From Anaerolineales bacterium (GTDB taxonomy: Bacteria > Chloroflexota > Anaerolineae > Anaerolineales > E44-bin32), in contig JARRJK010000006.1 of the NCBI GenBank assembly GCA_037379555.1, forward strand, positions 21,769-85,768: DNA of 64,000 nt, given 5' to 3'. The position numbers and the translations under genes are program-made. Positions 18,813 to 27,783 of the stretch are shown one piece after another. The number at the start of each line of letters is the position of its first letter. The stretch's first letter is position 1. Below the pieces are notes generated by a model. The model was not told where the DNA came from. It was given only the letters and a program-made list of their open reading frames with translations, and did no database searches.

Positions 18813-19732
18813 GCGATGAGCTCGAAATCGATGACCACACGGTGGAAATATCTCACCGCGAGAAGCTTTTCTTCCCGGATGAGGGGTTGACGAAGGGCGA
18901 TCTGGTCGATTACTACCGGCGCATCGCGGAGGTCATGCTGCCGCATCTCAAAGGACGCCCGATCAGCATGCAGCGCTTTCCCGATGGAATCACGGGCGAG
19001 GGCTTCTATCAGAAAGAAGCGCCGGACTATTTTCCGGACTGGATTCAGCAGGTGGATGTGCTGGTTGAAGGGGAGGGCGAAAAACAACCTCAGGTCATCG
19101 TCGATGGGGCCGCGACACTCGTCTACCTGGCAAACCAGGCTTGCATCACGCCGCACACCTGGCTGAGCAGGGCTGGCCGGCTTGACCAGCCGGATAAGCT
19201 CATCTTTGATCTCGACCCTCCGGGTGACGATTTCAATGTCGTTCGGGAGGCGGCATATGCTTTACACAATATGCTGGAGGAGATCAGACTGGTTTCCTAT
19301 GTCATGACGACAGGCTCGCGGGGCCTGCACGTCGTCCTGCCGTTAAAATCCGGCGCGGGGTTCGACAACGTCCGTGACTTCGCACATGAGATCGCCGCTG
19401 CGCTGGCTGCGAGGGAACCCGAGAAGTGGACAGTCGAGGTGAGAAAAGCGAAGCGCGATGGCCGGCTGTTCCTGGATACCATGCGCAATGCGTATGCTCA
19501 AACTTCTGTCCCGCCGTACGCCGTCCGAGCCCTTCCCGCTGCTCCGGTCGCCACTCCGATCGAATGGGATGAACTGAGCGATCACAAACTGAACTCGCAG
19601 ACCTATTCAATGATGAATATCTTCCGCCGCCTGGGCCAGAAATCAGATCCGTGGATCGACATCTACGATAAAGCCGTCTCCCTGGATCATGCCTGGGAGC
19701 GATTCGCCACCTGGTCTGAAAATCGAGGCTAA
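18809..19732 (+). CDS. Stand-alone LigD primase-polymerase (Pol/AEP) domain protein
   Basis: SHREKLFFPDEGLTKGDL..YY, QRFPDGI, LIFDLDP and TGSRGLHVVLPL motifs of NHEJ polymerase domains. The start overlaps the ligase stop (ATGA at 18809-18812). Confidence 0.85.
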   Translation: MSDELEIDDHTVEISHREKLFFPDEGLTKGDLVDYYRRIAEVMLPHLKGRPISMQRFPDGITGEGFYQKEAPDYFPDWIQQVDVLVEGEGEKQPQVIVDGAATLVYLANQACITPHTWLSRAGRLDQPDKLIFDLDPPGDDFNVVREAAYALHNMLEEIRLVSYVMTTGSRGLHVVLPLKSGAGFDNVRDFAHEIAAALAAREPEKWTVEVRKAKRDGRLFLDTMRNAYAQTSVPPYAVRALPAAPVATPIEWDELSDHKLNSQTYSMMNIFRRLGQKSDPWIDIYDKAVSLDHAWERFATWSENRG

Positions 19733-19763
19733 GGGGTAGCGGCGGGATCGAGAGAGAATCCAT

Positions 19764-19798
19764 GCCTCCCCGGCCATGGCCGGGGAGGTCTTTGTTTC
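19764..19798 (+). terminator. Rho-independent terminator after the LigD genes
   Basis: cctccccggcc-at-ggccggggagg stem followed by tctttgtttcc. Confidence 0.65.
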
Positions 19799-19818
19799 CT
19801 GGGAACGAATGAGGAGAT

Positions 19819-20466
19819 TTACGTTTTTTTCGGGGGCAGTTGATTCACAAGATCGGAGACAACAGCTAATTTAACCCGGTCCTCGTCGATCTCGCTCACC
19901 CAGCTGATCGGAACATTTTTCTTCTCTTTCAAGAGCAGGCCCTCTGAGATCACGAACTGGGTGATCCTGTGGGATTCGGGGTCGCTGAAGATCTGTTCGA
20001 TGTCGCCGACCTTCTTGCCTTTCACATCGTAAACGGGCGCATTCTCCTTGATGGCCACATCACCCGGATCGATGTGCCGTTCTTTCTCTTCAATTAGTGG
20101 CTGCGGGCTGGCTACCGGGATGGCGGGCGATGCGGAGGCGTACGGGCTGGGGACGACGGGTATCAGTGGGACCGGCTTGAGGCTAGGGTAGTCGTCCCGA
20201 TCGACATCACCGATATATAGATAGTTGGTCTCCTCGAACTCCGGCAGTTCCTCCAGCATATCCTCATCGAGCCGCAGCGTCACGCGATCCTCGTCTGCCA
20301 TCTCGATCAGGTTGACCGGCACGACCCGGTCTTCCTTGAACAGCAGCCCTTTTTCGATGATGATATCGGTCACAGATTTCGTGACCGGATCGATCACCAC
20401 CCGCTCGATGTCGCCGATGTGTTCACCTCTACTGCTGATCACTTTCGTACCTGGTTTGAATTTCAT
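19819..20466 (-). CDS. Tandem PRC-barrel domain protein
   Basis: Two copies of a PRC-barrel-like module (GTKVISSRGEHIGDIERVVIDPVTKSVTDIIIEKG... and APVYDVKGKKVGDIEQIFSDPESHRITQFVISEG...) separated by a Pro-rich linker. Confidence 0.7.
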   Translation of the reverse strand: MKFKPGTKVISSRGEHIGDIERVVIDPVTKSVTDIIIEKGLLFKEDRVVPVNLIEMADEDRVTLRLDEDMLEELPEFEETNYLYIGDVDRDDYPSLKPVPLIPVVPSPYASASPAIPVASPQPLIEEKERHIDPGDVAIKENAPVYDVKGKKVGDIEQIFSDPESHRITQFVISEGLLLKEKKNVPISWVSEIDEDRVKLAVVSDLVNQLPPKKT

Positions 20467-20537
20467 CTTTAACCATCCTTTCTGTTGGCTGATGTGCTGT
20501 TTCGAGCGCTTGCACCAACCATCGATTTCAGCTCGGA

Positions 20538-21713
20538 TTATTCCTGCGGTTCGGCATAGCGCAGCAGCGCCGCGGCGAGATCGTCACCCGGCATGTCTTC
20601 GGCACTGATGCTGAACACCTGACCATCAGCCTGCAGTGTGTAGATTGCTGCCAGGTTCATCAGGTCTTCAGCCGTGGGGCTCCGGCCGTTCCCATCTGTC
20701 AATTTGATTCCGCTCTCGGAATAGTTGCCCCATAGGTGCTGGTTCCGGCACAGGAGAAGCGTGTCAACCTGTCCGTAATGGGCGGCTTTCAGCAAACGAT
20801 AAATCGAGTTTTCGGTCCGTCCTTCGATCGACCGGGCGTTGAGATACCGCTGCACAGCCTGTGCGGGCCGGCCATCACGTGCATTCGACACGGTCTCGCG
20901 CGCCTGTTCGGCAAGCTGACCCGAGTCGAGCAGATCGGGATTTCCGCCGATACGGCTGATGACCTGGACACCCTCGGCTAGCAGATCGTTGAATTCGCTG
21001 GTGATTTCATCCACTCCTGCCAGGATCAAAACATTCCCGCTGCCCAGGAGGTGCCGTTCGACCGGTGCAGCGACTTGCTGCAAATAGCGCCGCAGATTGG
21101 ATAAATCATCGTTTGATCCGGCGCCGTGGCCGTGGAACATCACAGGTTTTGAGGCCCGTTCCGCCCGGTCACTGGTGTGCAACTGGAGCTGTCGTTCCGG
21201 ATCGTCGAAAGCCAGCGCTTCTTCCATATTGGACGGAGCACCATTGAGTTCGATGGGTGTGACTTGCTCAGCATCTACTGTGAAGAAGCGGTTGCCCCCC
21301 TTGCTGATCGCAAGGACGAAGAACGACTGTTCCCGCTGCAGATCGAACAGCAGGGGACGAACGTACGGGTGCCGGCTTATGAAGCAGGCTGGTTCGGGGC
21401 TGTGCCGCAGGCGGATATAAAGTGGTTCCTCCGGCGTGATGTAGATCGCGAGGCCCGGCGAAGCCTGCTGCCAGAATTCACGCTCGTCGAGCAGGGCTTC
21501 GGCTGGTTTACGCAGTTCTTCGGCTTCGGGACCTCGCAGGCCGTACTCTGCCAGGTGTTCTTCAGCCTCGGTCAGCAAATTCTTGAGCTGGATGCGATCA
21601 CCTTTCCACTCGCCACCCACCCGGCGCGTTGGCAGGATAAACGTCAGGCACCATTCACCTTCGATCCCAATGAGCTGATGGATAACTTCACCTGAAAGCT
21701 TGTACTCGTCCAT
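20538..21713 (-). CDS. Bacterial eRF1/Pelota-like (baeRF-type) protein
   Basis: The N-terminus CLTFILPTRRVGGEWKGDRIQLKNLL and the C-terminal eRF1-domain-3-like part (KAAHYGQVDTLLL...DLMNLAAIYTLQADGQVFSISAEDMPG..LAAALLRY) match baeRF3/7-type proteins as I remember them. No GGQ tripeptide anywhere in the 391 aa. Confidence 0.6.
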   Translation of the reverse strand: MDEYKLSGEVIHQLIGIEGEWCLTFILPTRRVGGEWKGDRIQLKNLLTEAEEHLAEYGLRGPEAEELRKPAEALLDEREFWQQASPGLAIYITPEEPLYIRLRHSPEPACFISRHPYVRPLLFDLQREQSFFVLAISKGGNRFFTVDAEQVTPIELNGAPSNMEEALAFDDPERQLQLHTSDRAERASKPVMFHGHGAGSNDDLSNLRRYLQQVAAPVERHLLGSGNVLILAGVDEITSEFNDLLAEGVQVISRIGGNPDLLDSGQLAEQARETVSNARDGRPAQAVQRYLNARSIEGRTENSIYRLLKAAHYGQVDTLLLCRNQHLWGNYSESGIKLTDGNGRSPTAEDLMNLAAIYTLQADGQVFSISAEDMPGDDLAAALLRYAEPQE

Positions 21714-21818
21714 ATCGAGACCTCCTTACCACACAACCCGCAGCTCTCCCTGAGCGCCGCGTTCTGCCGGAAAGAACCGCCAGGGTACCTCCCGGCAGAA
21801 CAAAGGCTGGGGACGCTG

Positions 21819-22238
21819 TTAGATTCCGCGCAGCACCCGGGCCAGCTCACGGGCATGCTCAGATTCATCGGCCGCCATTTCTTCGAGCTTTAGCTTCAGC
21901 TCGACCTCGCCCAGTGCTTCTGCGGCCTGAGCGTGCTGCTTGTAATTCACAACATCCTGCAGCTCGAGCTTGAGATCCTGTTCGAGCATGTCCTTAAGAT
22001 TCTCGGTCGGCTTGAACTCCTTCGGTTTGAGCGTCGGCTCACCGCCTAGGTCGACGATAACGTCACTCAGGAATGTGGCGTGACCGAGTTCGTCCGGGAT
22101 CTCGCCGCGCAGCATCTCGCGCATTGAAGGAGCCTCGGGCCCCGACGCTTTGCTGGCCTGGTAGTTGTAGCGGATGATCGTCCCCAATTCGGCGGACAGA
22201 TCCTGGTTGAGCATATTGATCAGGTCTTTCTTCGACAT
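21819..22238 (-). CDS. Ferritin-like diiron four-helix-bundle protein (bacterioferritin-related)
   Basis: Four-helix pattern with paired metal ligands: SAELGT, PDELGH (ExxH), LKLELQD, ADESEH (ExxH). Confidence 0.75.
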   Translation of the reverse strand: MSKKDLINMLNQDLSAELGTIIRYNYQASKASGPEAPSMREMLRGEIPDELGHATFLSDVIVDLGGEPTLKPKEFKPTENLKDMLEQDLKLELQDVVNYKQHAQAAEALGEVELKLKLEEMAADESEHARELARVLRGI

Positions 22239-22282
22239 GTTTACTCCTTAAATTTGTCTGCTTTAAGCTTGTTTGAAATGTC

Positions 22283-23422
22283 TCAGGCGCTGCGGCCAGC
22301 CTCGAGACGCTTCGAAAACAGCGTCGGGCTGCTCGTCGCGAGCTGATAAATCTCGCTGATGTCACGGCTGGTGATGATTCCCAGGAACTTTCCGTCCTTG
22401 CTTACCGGCAGCGCGTCGTAGCTATTCTTGGAGAGCTTCTGCTGGACCTGGAACAGTTCGTCTGAAGGGCTAATGAGCGGCACTTCGGTCAGCATGATCT
22501 GATCGATCGGTGTATCCACTGGCCGCTTCTTGAGTGCCTGCACCATTGTCTGAAGCGTGAGTAAGCCAACCACCTCACCGTCTTCGCATACGGGGAAGTT
22601 CGCTTGCGAGGAGTGCAGGGTTAGGTCGGCGGCATCCTGCAGCGTTTGATCAGGCGACAACGTGCTTACATTGCGTGAGTAAGCATCTTCCGCCCGCAGA
22701 TTGCGCAGCACGCTGCGCAGGTGAACCATACGGCCTTCCATTCCAGCGCCCATGTAAATAAAGATGGCAATCAGAATCAGCAGCAGGTTCCCGGACATGA
22801 AACCCCACAAGCCCAGCCCCCAGGCTGCAATCTGGCCGACGACGACAGCAATGTCCGTGGCGCGCGTATACTCAAGGCGCGTCGCTAACAGCGCCCGCAG
22901 GACTCGACCGCCGTCCATCGGGAAAGCCGGCAGCAAGTTGAATGCTCCGATGAATATGTTGGTGGCGAATACGTAGAGGAAGATCGATTCAAACGTCAGC
23001 CTGCCGATATTAGACATCAATGCGCTGGTGTTTGGCAGGTTGTTCGGCAGCAGGTTCCTCCCTGCCAGAACGAGCAGTATAGCCAATACCAGGTTCACCG
23101 CCGGACCGGCGATAGAGATTGCCAGCTCCTGGGAGGGCTTTTCCGGGATGTTTTCCATCTGCGATACGCCGCCGATTGGCAGCAGCACGATGCGCTTTAC
23201 CGGGATATCAAATCCGCGCGCTGTGAGCGCGTGGCCGAGCTCGTGCAGCACAACGATGGCGAACAAGATCAGCGTCACGATGACACCGAACGCAGCTCCC
23301 TCCCAGCCCTGGCCGGTGAAAACGCCAAAATAGAAGGCACCCCAGAGCAAGATCAAGGGAAATGTGAAGTGCATGCGGATTTCGATTCCACGGATGCGGA
23401 AGAGTGTGATGGCGTTATTCAT
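22283..23422 (-). CDS. M50 site-2 metalloprotease with a C-terminal CBS pair
   Basis: HELGHAL zinc motif in a TM helix, a second ligand region NLLPAFPMDGGRV, and two CBS modules at the C-terminus. ATG at 23422 has a ggagg RBS; the ORF extends to 23470. Confidence 0.85.
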   Translation of the reverse strand: MNNAITLFRIRGIEIRMHFTFPLILLWGAFYFGVFTGQGWEGAAFGVIVTLILFAIVVLHELGHALTARGFDIPVKRIVLLPIGGVSQMENIPEKPSQELAISIAGPAVNLVLAILLVLAGRNLLPNNLPNTSALMSNIGRLTFESIFLYVFATNIFIGAFNLLPAFPMDGGRVLRALLATRLEYTRATDIAVVVGQIAAWGLGLWGFMSGNLLLILIAIFIYMGAGMEGRMVHLRSVLRNLRAEDAYSRNVSTLSPDQTLQDAADLTLHSSQANFPVCEDGEVVGLLTLQTMVQALKKRPVDTPIDQIMLTEVPLISPSDELFQVQQKLSKNSYDALPVSKDGKFLGIITSRDISEIYQLATSSPTLFSKRLEAGRSA

Positions 23423-23688
23423 AACATACCTCCGAAGCTCTCTGCCTTGCTCTCGATTCCAACGAGGCATGAAGGCTTGCTGAGTTCTAATACCTTATCT
23501 ATCTTGATTTTCACGCGCAGGGATAAAGAAGTGCTTGCATCTTGCGCTTGACTCTTGCGAACTTCTTACGATGCGCTACGGGCGAACCAGTTGGTAAGCT
23601 AAAGGACGGGAGCGCGCTGTTCTCCAGGGCTGCCGCCTGTCTGATATAAATAGGGTAGATCTGCGTCGTGATATCAAGGAGGTCGTGC

Positions 23689-23859
23689 ATGCCGTTGACA
23701 GCCAAAGACAGGCAGCGCAAGCGCAAACAGCGCAGGCAGCGCAAGCTGCGCAAGCTAAAACGCCGCTTCGAGGCGTCTGGGGACGCCCGTGAGCGTCAGA
23801 AGCTTGAGCAGAAGATACGCAACATTCAGCCTGGATGGGAGCCGGGGGGCGAAGGCTGA
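23689..23859 (+). CDS. Small highly basic protein (56 aa, Arg/Lys-rich)
   Basis: aaggagg RBS 6 nt before the ATG at 23689. Sequence MPLTAKDRQRKRKQRRQRKLRKLKRRFEASGDARERQKLEQKIRNIQPGW.... Sits 70 nt upstream of otsA-otsB on the same strand. Confidence 0.45.
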   Translation: MPLTAKDRQRKRKQRRQRKLRKLKRRFEASGDARERQKLEQKIRNIQPGWEPGGEG

Positions 23860-23928
23860 ACGGTGGGTCGTGCTCAGCGGAGCGGTAGGACTATGGGCCG
23901 CCCGCGGGTATGAAAGACGGGAGATAAA

Positions 23929-26157
23929 TTGAACACTGCCGGGAAAGCGCAACAGCTGACCGAGCGGCTGCTGGTCGTATCGAACCGGCTTCCCGTGACT
24001 GTCAACCGCCAGGATGATGGCCAGTTCGACTACACGCCGAGTGTGGGTGGGTTGGCAACTTCCCTCAACGCGCTGCGTGAAGAGATGGATATGCTCTGGC
24101 TGGGCACGCCGGGGCTGAATGTCGAGGATTCATCTGAACAACAGACGCTTCGCGATGAGTTGGAGCAGAAGTACGATAGCATACCGCTCTTCCTCGACCG
24201 GAAGGATTTCGAACTCTACTATAATGGCTTCAGCAATGGCTGCCTGTGGCCGTTGTTTCATTATTTCCCCCAGTTCGCACACTTCGATGAGCAGGAATGG
24301 GCCGCCTATCAGTCGGTAAACAGGATCTTCGCCGAACGCATCACCAGCATCGCCGGGCCCAATGACAGCATCTGGGTGCATGATTATCATTTGCTGCTGC
24401 TTCCCACCCTTCTGCGCCAGGCGCTGCCTGATGCGTCGATCGGTTTCTTTCTCCACATCCCCTTCCCCTCCTATGAGATCTTCCGCATGCTTCCATGGCG
24501 CGAGCAGATTTTGAGTGGAATGATCGGCGCCGACCTGGTCGGGTTCCATACCTACGGTTACGCCCGCCACTTCCTGAGCTCACTGCTGCGAATCCTCGGC
24601 CTGGAGCAGAATTTCGGCCGGGTTTCGGTGGGGGATCGCATTGTCCAGGTTGAAACCTTTCCGCTGGGGATTGACACCGAGCGATTTGCCCACGCCCAGG
24701 ACCTGCCGGCCGTGCAAACCCGCTTGCGCGAGTTGAAAGATGAGATTGGCGGCAGAAAGGTCATTCTCTCCGTAGATCGGTTGGATTTCACCAAAGGCAT
24801 CCTTGAGCGGTTGATGGCCTACGAGCATTTCCTTGAGGAACATCCGGAATGGCATGACCGCGTGAGTTTGGTCTCGCTTCTTGTGCCATCCCGTACGCGC
24901 GTTCCAGAGTATCAGAGCCTCAAGAGCCAGGTTGATGAGCAAATTGGCAGGATCAATGGGGAATTCGGTCAGCCTGGCTGGAATCCGATCACGTACCTCT
25001 ACCGCTCTTTGCCCTTCGAGCAGTTGGCTTCGCTCTACCTGCTCGCTGACGTCGCGCTGGTTACGCCTTTGCGTGACGGCATGAACCTGGTGGCGAAAGA
25101 ATATCTCGCCTCGCATACCGATGGGAGCGGCGTGCTCGTATTGAGCGAAACGGCCGGCGCCGCGGCCGAGCTGGGCGAAGCCTTAATCGTCAACCCTCAT
25201 GATCAGGAAGGGCTGGTACGGGCGCTCGATCAGGCGCTATCGATGCCGGTGGAGGAGCAAAGGACCCGCAACGCGCCGATGCGGGCCAGGCTCTCACGCT
25301 ACGATATCAACCGCTGGACCACGGAGTTCCTCGCCCAGCTGCGTGGCCTGCGTGAGGCGCGCCGGCTCCAGCTGCCGCGCCGTTTGCAGGGTGAACACCG
25401 CGCTGAACTGATGGAAGCGTATCGCTCTGCCAATCACCGGCTGCTGCTGCTGGACTACGACGGCACGCTGGTGCCCTTTGCGCAGACTCCCGGTGGAGCG
25501 AGCCCGGATCCGGAGCTCGTGGATTTGATCCGACAGCTCTCGTCTGATGCGCGCAACCAGGTGGTCGTGATCAGCGGACGCAACGCCAGCACGCTCGAAG
25601 CGTGGTTGGGTAAGACAGGTGCCGATCTGGTCGCCGAACATGGCGCCCGCATCCGGCGGTCGGAAAGCGCCGATTGGGAGCCGTTCGCCGAGAATCTGGA
25701 CGGCGATTGGAAGGACCAGCTGCGGCCGCTGTTCGAGGTATTTGTCGACCGCACGCCAGGGTCGCTGCTGGAGGAAAAAGGCGCGGCGCTGGTCTGGCAT
25801 TACCGCCGTGCGGACCCCGATCTCGGATCGCAGCGTGCAGCTGAGCTGATCGATGCGCTCGAGGGCTTTATCGCCAACACCAATCTGCATGTGCTGCAGG
25901 GGCATAAAGTGGTTGAGGTAAAACCGAGCACGGTCAGCAAGGGCCGGGCTGCGGGTCCCTGGTTGCAAGCGGAGCCGCCTGCGGAATTCACGCTCGTCAT
26001 GGGCGATGACGTGACGGATGAAGCCATGTTCGAGGCCGTCCCGGAGGGTTCGTGGACGGTGAAAATTGGGTCACCGGAGGGCTCGCACGCCCGTTTCTTC
26101 CTCTCCAGTACGGCCGATGTGCGGGCCCTGTTGAAGGCCATGGCCGGTATTTCTTGA
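23929..26157 (+). CDS. otsA: Bifunctional trehalose-6-phosphate synthase / trehalose-6-phosphate phosphatase (OtsA-OtsB fusion)
   Basis: GT20 N-terminal half ([10 protein letters not shown]...GGLATSL...[11 protein letters not shown]...DRLDFTKGI...[14 protein letters not shown]). HAD phosphatase C-terminal half ([13 protein letters not shown]...VVVISGR...[10 protein letters not shown]). TTG start at 23929. Confidence 0.9.
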   Translation: MNTAGKAQQLTERLLVVSNRLPVTVNRQDDGQFDYTPSVGGLATSLNALREEMDMLWLGTPGLNVEDSSEQQTLRDELEQKYDSIPLFLDRKDFELYYNGFSNGCLWPLFHYFPQFAHFDEQEWAAYQSVNRIFAERITSIAGPNDSIWVHDYHLLLLPTLLRQALPDASIGFFLHIPFPSYEIFRMLPWREQILSGMIGADLVGFHTYGYARHFLSSLLRILGLEQNFGRVSVGDRIVQVETFPLGIDTERFAHAQDLPAVQTRLRELKDEIGGRKVILSVDRLDFTKGILERLMAYEHFLEEHPEWHDRVSLVSLLVPSRTRVPEYQSLKSQVDEQIGRINGEFGQPGWNPITYLYRSLPFEQLASLYLLADVALVTPLRDGMNLVAKEYLASHTDGSGVLVLSETAGAAAELGEALIVNPHDQEGLVRALDQALSMPVEEQRTRNAPMRARLSRYDINRWTTEFLAQLRGLREARRLQLPRRLQGEHRAELMEAYRSANHRLLLLDYDGTLVPFAQTPGGASPDPELVDLIRQLSSDARNQVVVISGRNASTLEAWLGKTGADLVAEHGARIRRSESADWEPFAENLDGDWKDQLRPLFEVFVDRTPGSLLEEKGAALVWHYRRADPDLGSQRAAELIDALEGFIANTNLHVLQGHKVVEVKPSTVSKGRAAGPWLQAEPPAEFTLVMGDDVTDEAMFEAVPEGSWTVKIGSPEGSHARFFLSSTADVRALLKAMAGIS

Positions 26158-26268
26158 GCTGATTCCCGTTCTCTAACATTTCGCTGATGTTGCTCCAACT
26201 CCAATTTAACGTTTGGGATGTACCTTAATCATAGCAACCATCTCAACGGAAAAAGAGGAGGTGTCGCA

Positions 26269-26715
26269 ATGACAATGCTTACACGTTGGGAACCTTTTCG
26301 AGAGATGCGTCGCTTGACCGATTTGCTTGACCGGACGATCGACGATGCCTGGTTGCGGGGCGCCTCTGATGGTGACCTCGAGGGTCCAGCACCCATCGAT
26401 GTCTACGAGACCGATGATGACGTTGTGGTGAAGGCCGTCATGCCAGGCGTGAAGGCGGATGATATCAGCATCTCCGTCGACCGCGATGTGCTGACCTTGC
26501 GCGGCGAGTCCACGTCCAAGACGGAAGAGCAGGACAAGGAACGCGCATACCACTTCCGCGAGATTCGCTATCGGCGCTATGGACGCTCGCTGCGCCTGCC
26601 GACGCTTGTCGATTCGGAGAAGGCCAAGGCTGAGTTTGAGGATGGTATCCTCACCCTCACCCTGCCCAAGGCTGAAGTCGTCAAGCCAAAGACGATCACC
26701 GTCAAAGCCAAGTAA
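26269..26715 (+). CDS. Hsp20/alpha-crystallin small heat-shock protein
   Basis: aggagg RBS. MLTRWEPFREM..., alpha-crystallin core (PIDVYETDDDVVVKAVMPGVKADDISISV...LTLRGE...RSLRLP...A.FEDGILTLTLPK). Confidence 0.9.
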   Translation: MTMLTRWEPFREMRRLTDLLDRTIDDAWLRGASDGDLEGPAPIDVYETDDDVVVKAVMPGVKADDISISVDRDVLTLRGESTSKTEEQDKERAYHFREIRYRRYGRSLRLPTLVDSEKAKAEFEDGILTLTLPKAEVVKPKTITVKAK

Positions 26716-26736
26716 CGTGCTTTCGGAAGGACATTT

Positions 26737-26775
26737 GAGGCCTGGAGGATTTCCTCCAGGCCTCTTCCTGTTCTC
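26737..26775 (+). terminator. Rho-independent terminator after hsp20
   Basis: gaggcctggagga-tt-tcctccaggcctc stem followed by ttcctgttctc. It lies between convergent genes. Confidence 0.6.
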
Positions 26776-26861
26776 TGGAATACTCGGGCCTGACTTTAGG
26801 CGGATGCAGCCTGCAGGTCTGAGCGTTCTGGCCCCCGGCGCTGCGCAAACAACGCCGGGTT

Positions 26862-27668
26862 CTATTTCACTTCCATCGAGCGAATCACGGCATCGAACGT
26901 GTTCAGATCAGGCACGAAGCTGTCCGCCGGTTGTCCGTTGAGCATTTCCACGGTCCGCGCCAGATAGTCCTGGAAGTCGTCCACCAGGTCCGGGTTGACA
27001 GCATCACTGGACGGCAGGTCCGGGTGGGTGACCGGCAGGACGGCGGCGACGTAGTAGCTGCCGTCGGACGTCAAGCCCTGGAAGGTGTAGATCAACTCAT
27101 AATTGTTGATCGGCAGCGGGGCCTGATCGTACTGCGTCAGGTAGCGGACACCGGTGCCGTTCTTGAAATCGAGGAACTGGACCTGGGCATGCATCACCTG
27201 GGCTGCATTGAACAGCGGCAGGAAAGGCAGATTCTCGCCGGGATCCCGGGTTTGCAACAGGGTCTGCAAATCGGCGGCAATCCCGGCCATGCCTTCGTTG
27301 GCGGAGGCCATGTCCGCGACCGGGTAAACGAAGATCTGCGGCTTGTGGAGACTGTTCGCGACCGGGTAGCCCTGAAATGTGAGCAGGCGGTATTCGGGTC
27401 CGGTGGCCCAGTACGGTGCATCCGGGCTGGCGGGCTGCGCCGGCACCGTTTCAACCGTCACGTCCTGAGCCAGGGCGGCGTAATCCAGGGCGAGCATGCC
27501 CATGGTGGTGCTTGAAGGTTCGGTTGCTGGCACAGCCTGTGTTGCGGCTGGCGGTTGCGTTGCTTCCGGGGTAACCGTTGCGGTAGCCGGCCCGCAGGCT
27601 GTCAGCAGCAAGCTGATCACAGCCAACCGGATAAGGACTGGGGCGAAGGACAGATCTCGTGTGTTCAT
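26862..27668 (-). CDS. Secreted lipoprotein of unknown function
   Basis: Signal peptide plus lipobox (VISLLLTACGP) and a Thr/Pro/Ala-rich linker; no recognised domain. ATG at 27668 (the ORF extends to 27689). Confidence 0.55.
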   Translation of the reverse strand: MNTRDLSFAPVLIRLAVISLLLTACGPATATVTPEATQPPAATQAVPATEPSSTTMGMLALDYAALAQDVTVETVPAQPASPDAPYWATGPEYRLLTFQGYPVANSLHKPQIFVYPVADMASANEGMAGIAADLQTLLQTRDPGENLPFLPLFNAAQVMHAQVQFLDFKNGTGVRYLTQYDQAPLPINNYELIYTFQGLTSDGSYYVAAVLPVTHPDLPSSDAVNPDLVDDFQDYLARTVEMLNGQPADSFVPDLNTFDAVIRSMEVK

Positions 27669-27783
27669 GTTTTTCCCTCTTCTTTGCAAGGATTGGCACT
27701 ATAGGGCCATGGATTGGCGCTTGGGATTCCCCGTCCTTCCGAGATGAACACGCGGGTGGAGGGGAGAGCGAAACTCTCAATCG

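Noticed and set aside
19819-20466. Possibility that the gene next to the LigD genes is the missing Ku.
   Set aside because: The sequence shows two PRC-barrel-like modules, has no Ku core beta-barrel or bridge motifs, and the gene is convergent to the LigD operon.
23471-23688. Sigma-70-like promoter hexamers (ttgact ... tacgat, tataaat) in the divergent stress-gene control region.
   Set aside because: The spacer lengths do not fit (13 nt for ttgact/tacgat) and no good -35 pairs with tataaa. This is too speculative without TSS data.
26158-26268. Search for a CIRCE/HAIR-type heat-shock operator upstream of hsp20.
   Set aside because: No TTAGCACTC-N9-GAGTGCTAA-like inverted repeat or other clear palindrome is present in this region.
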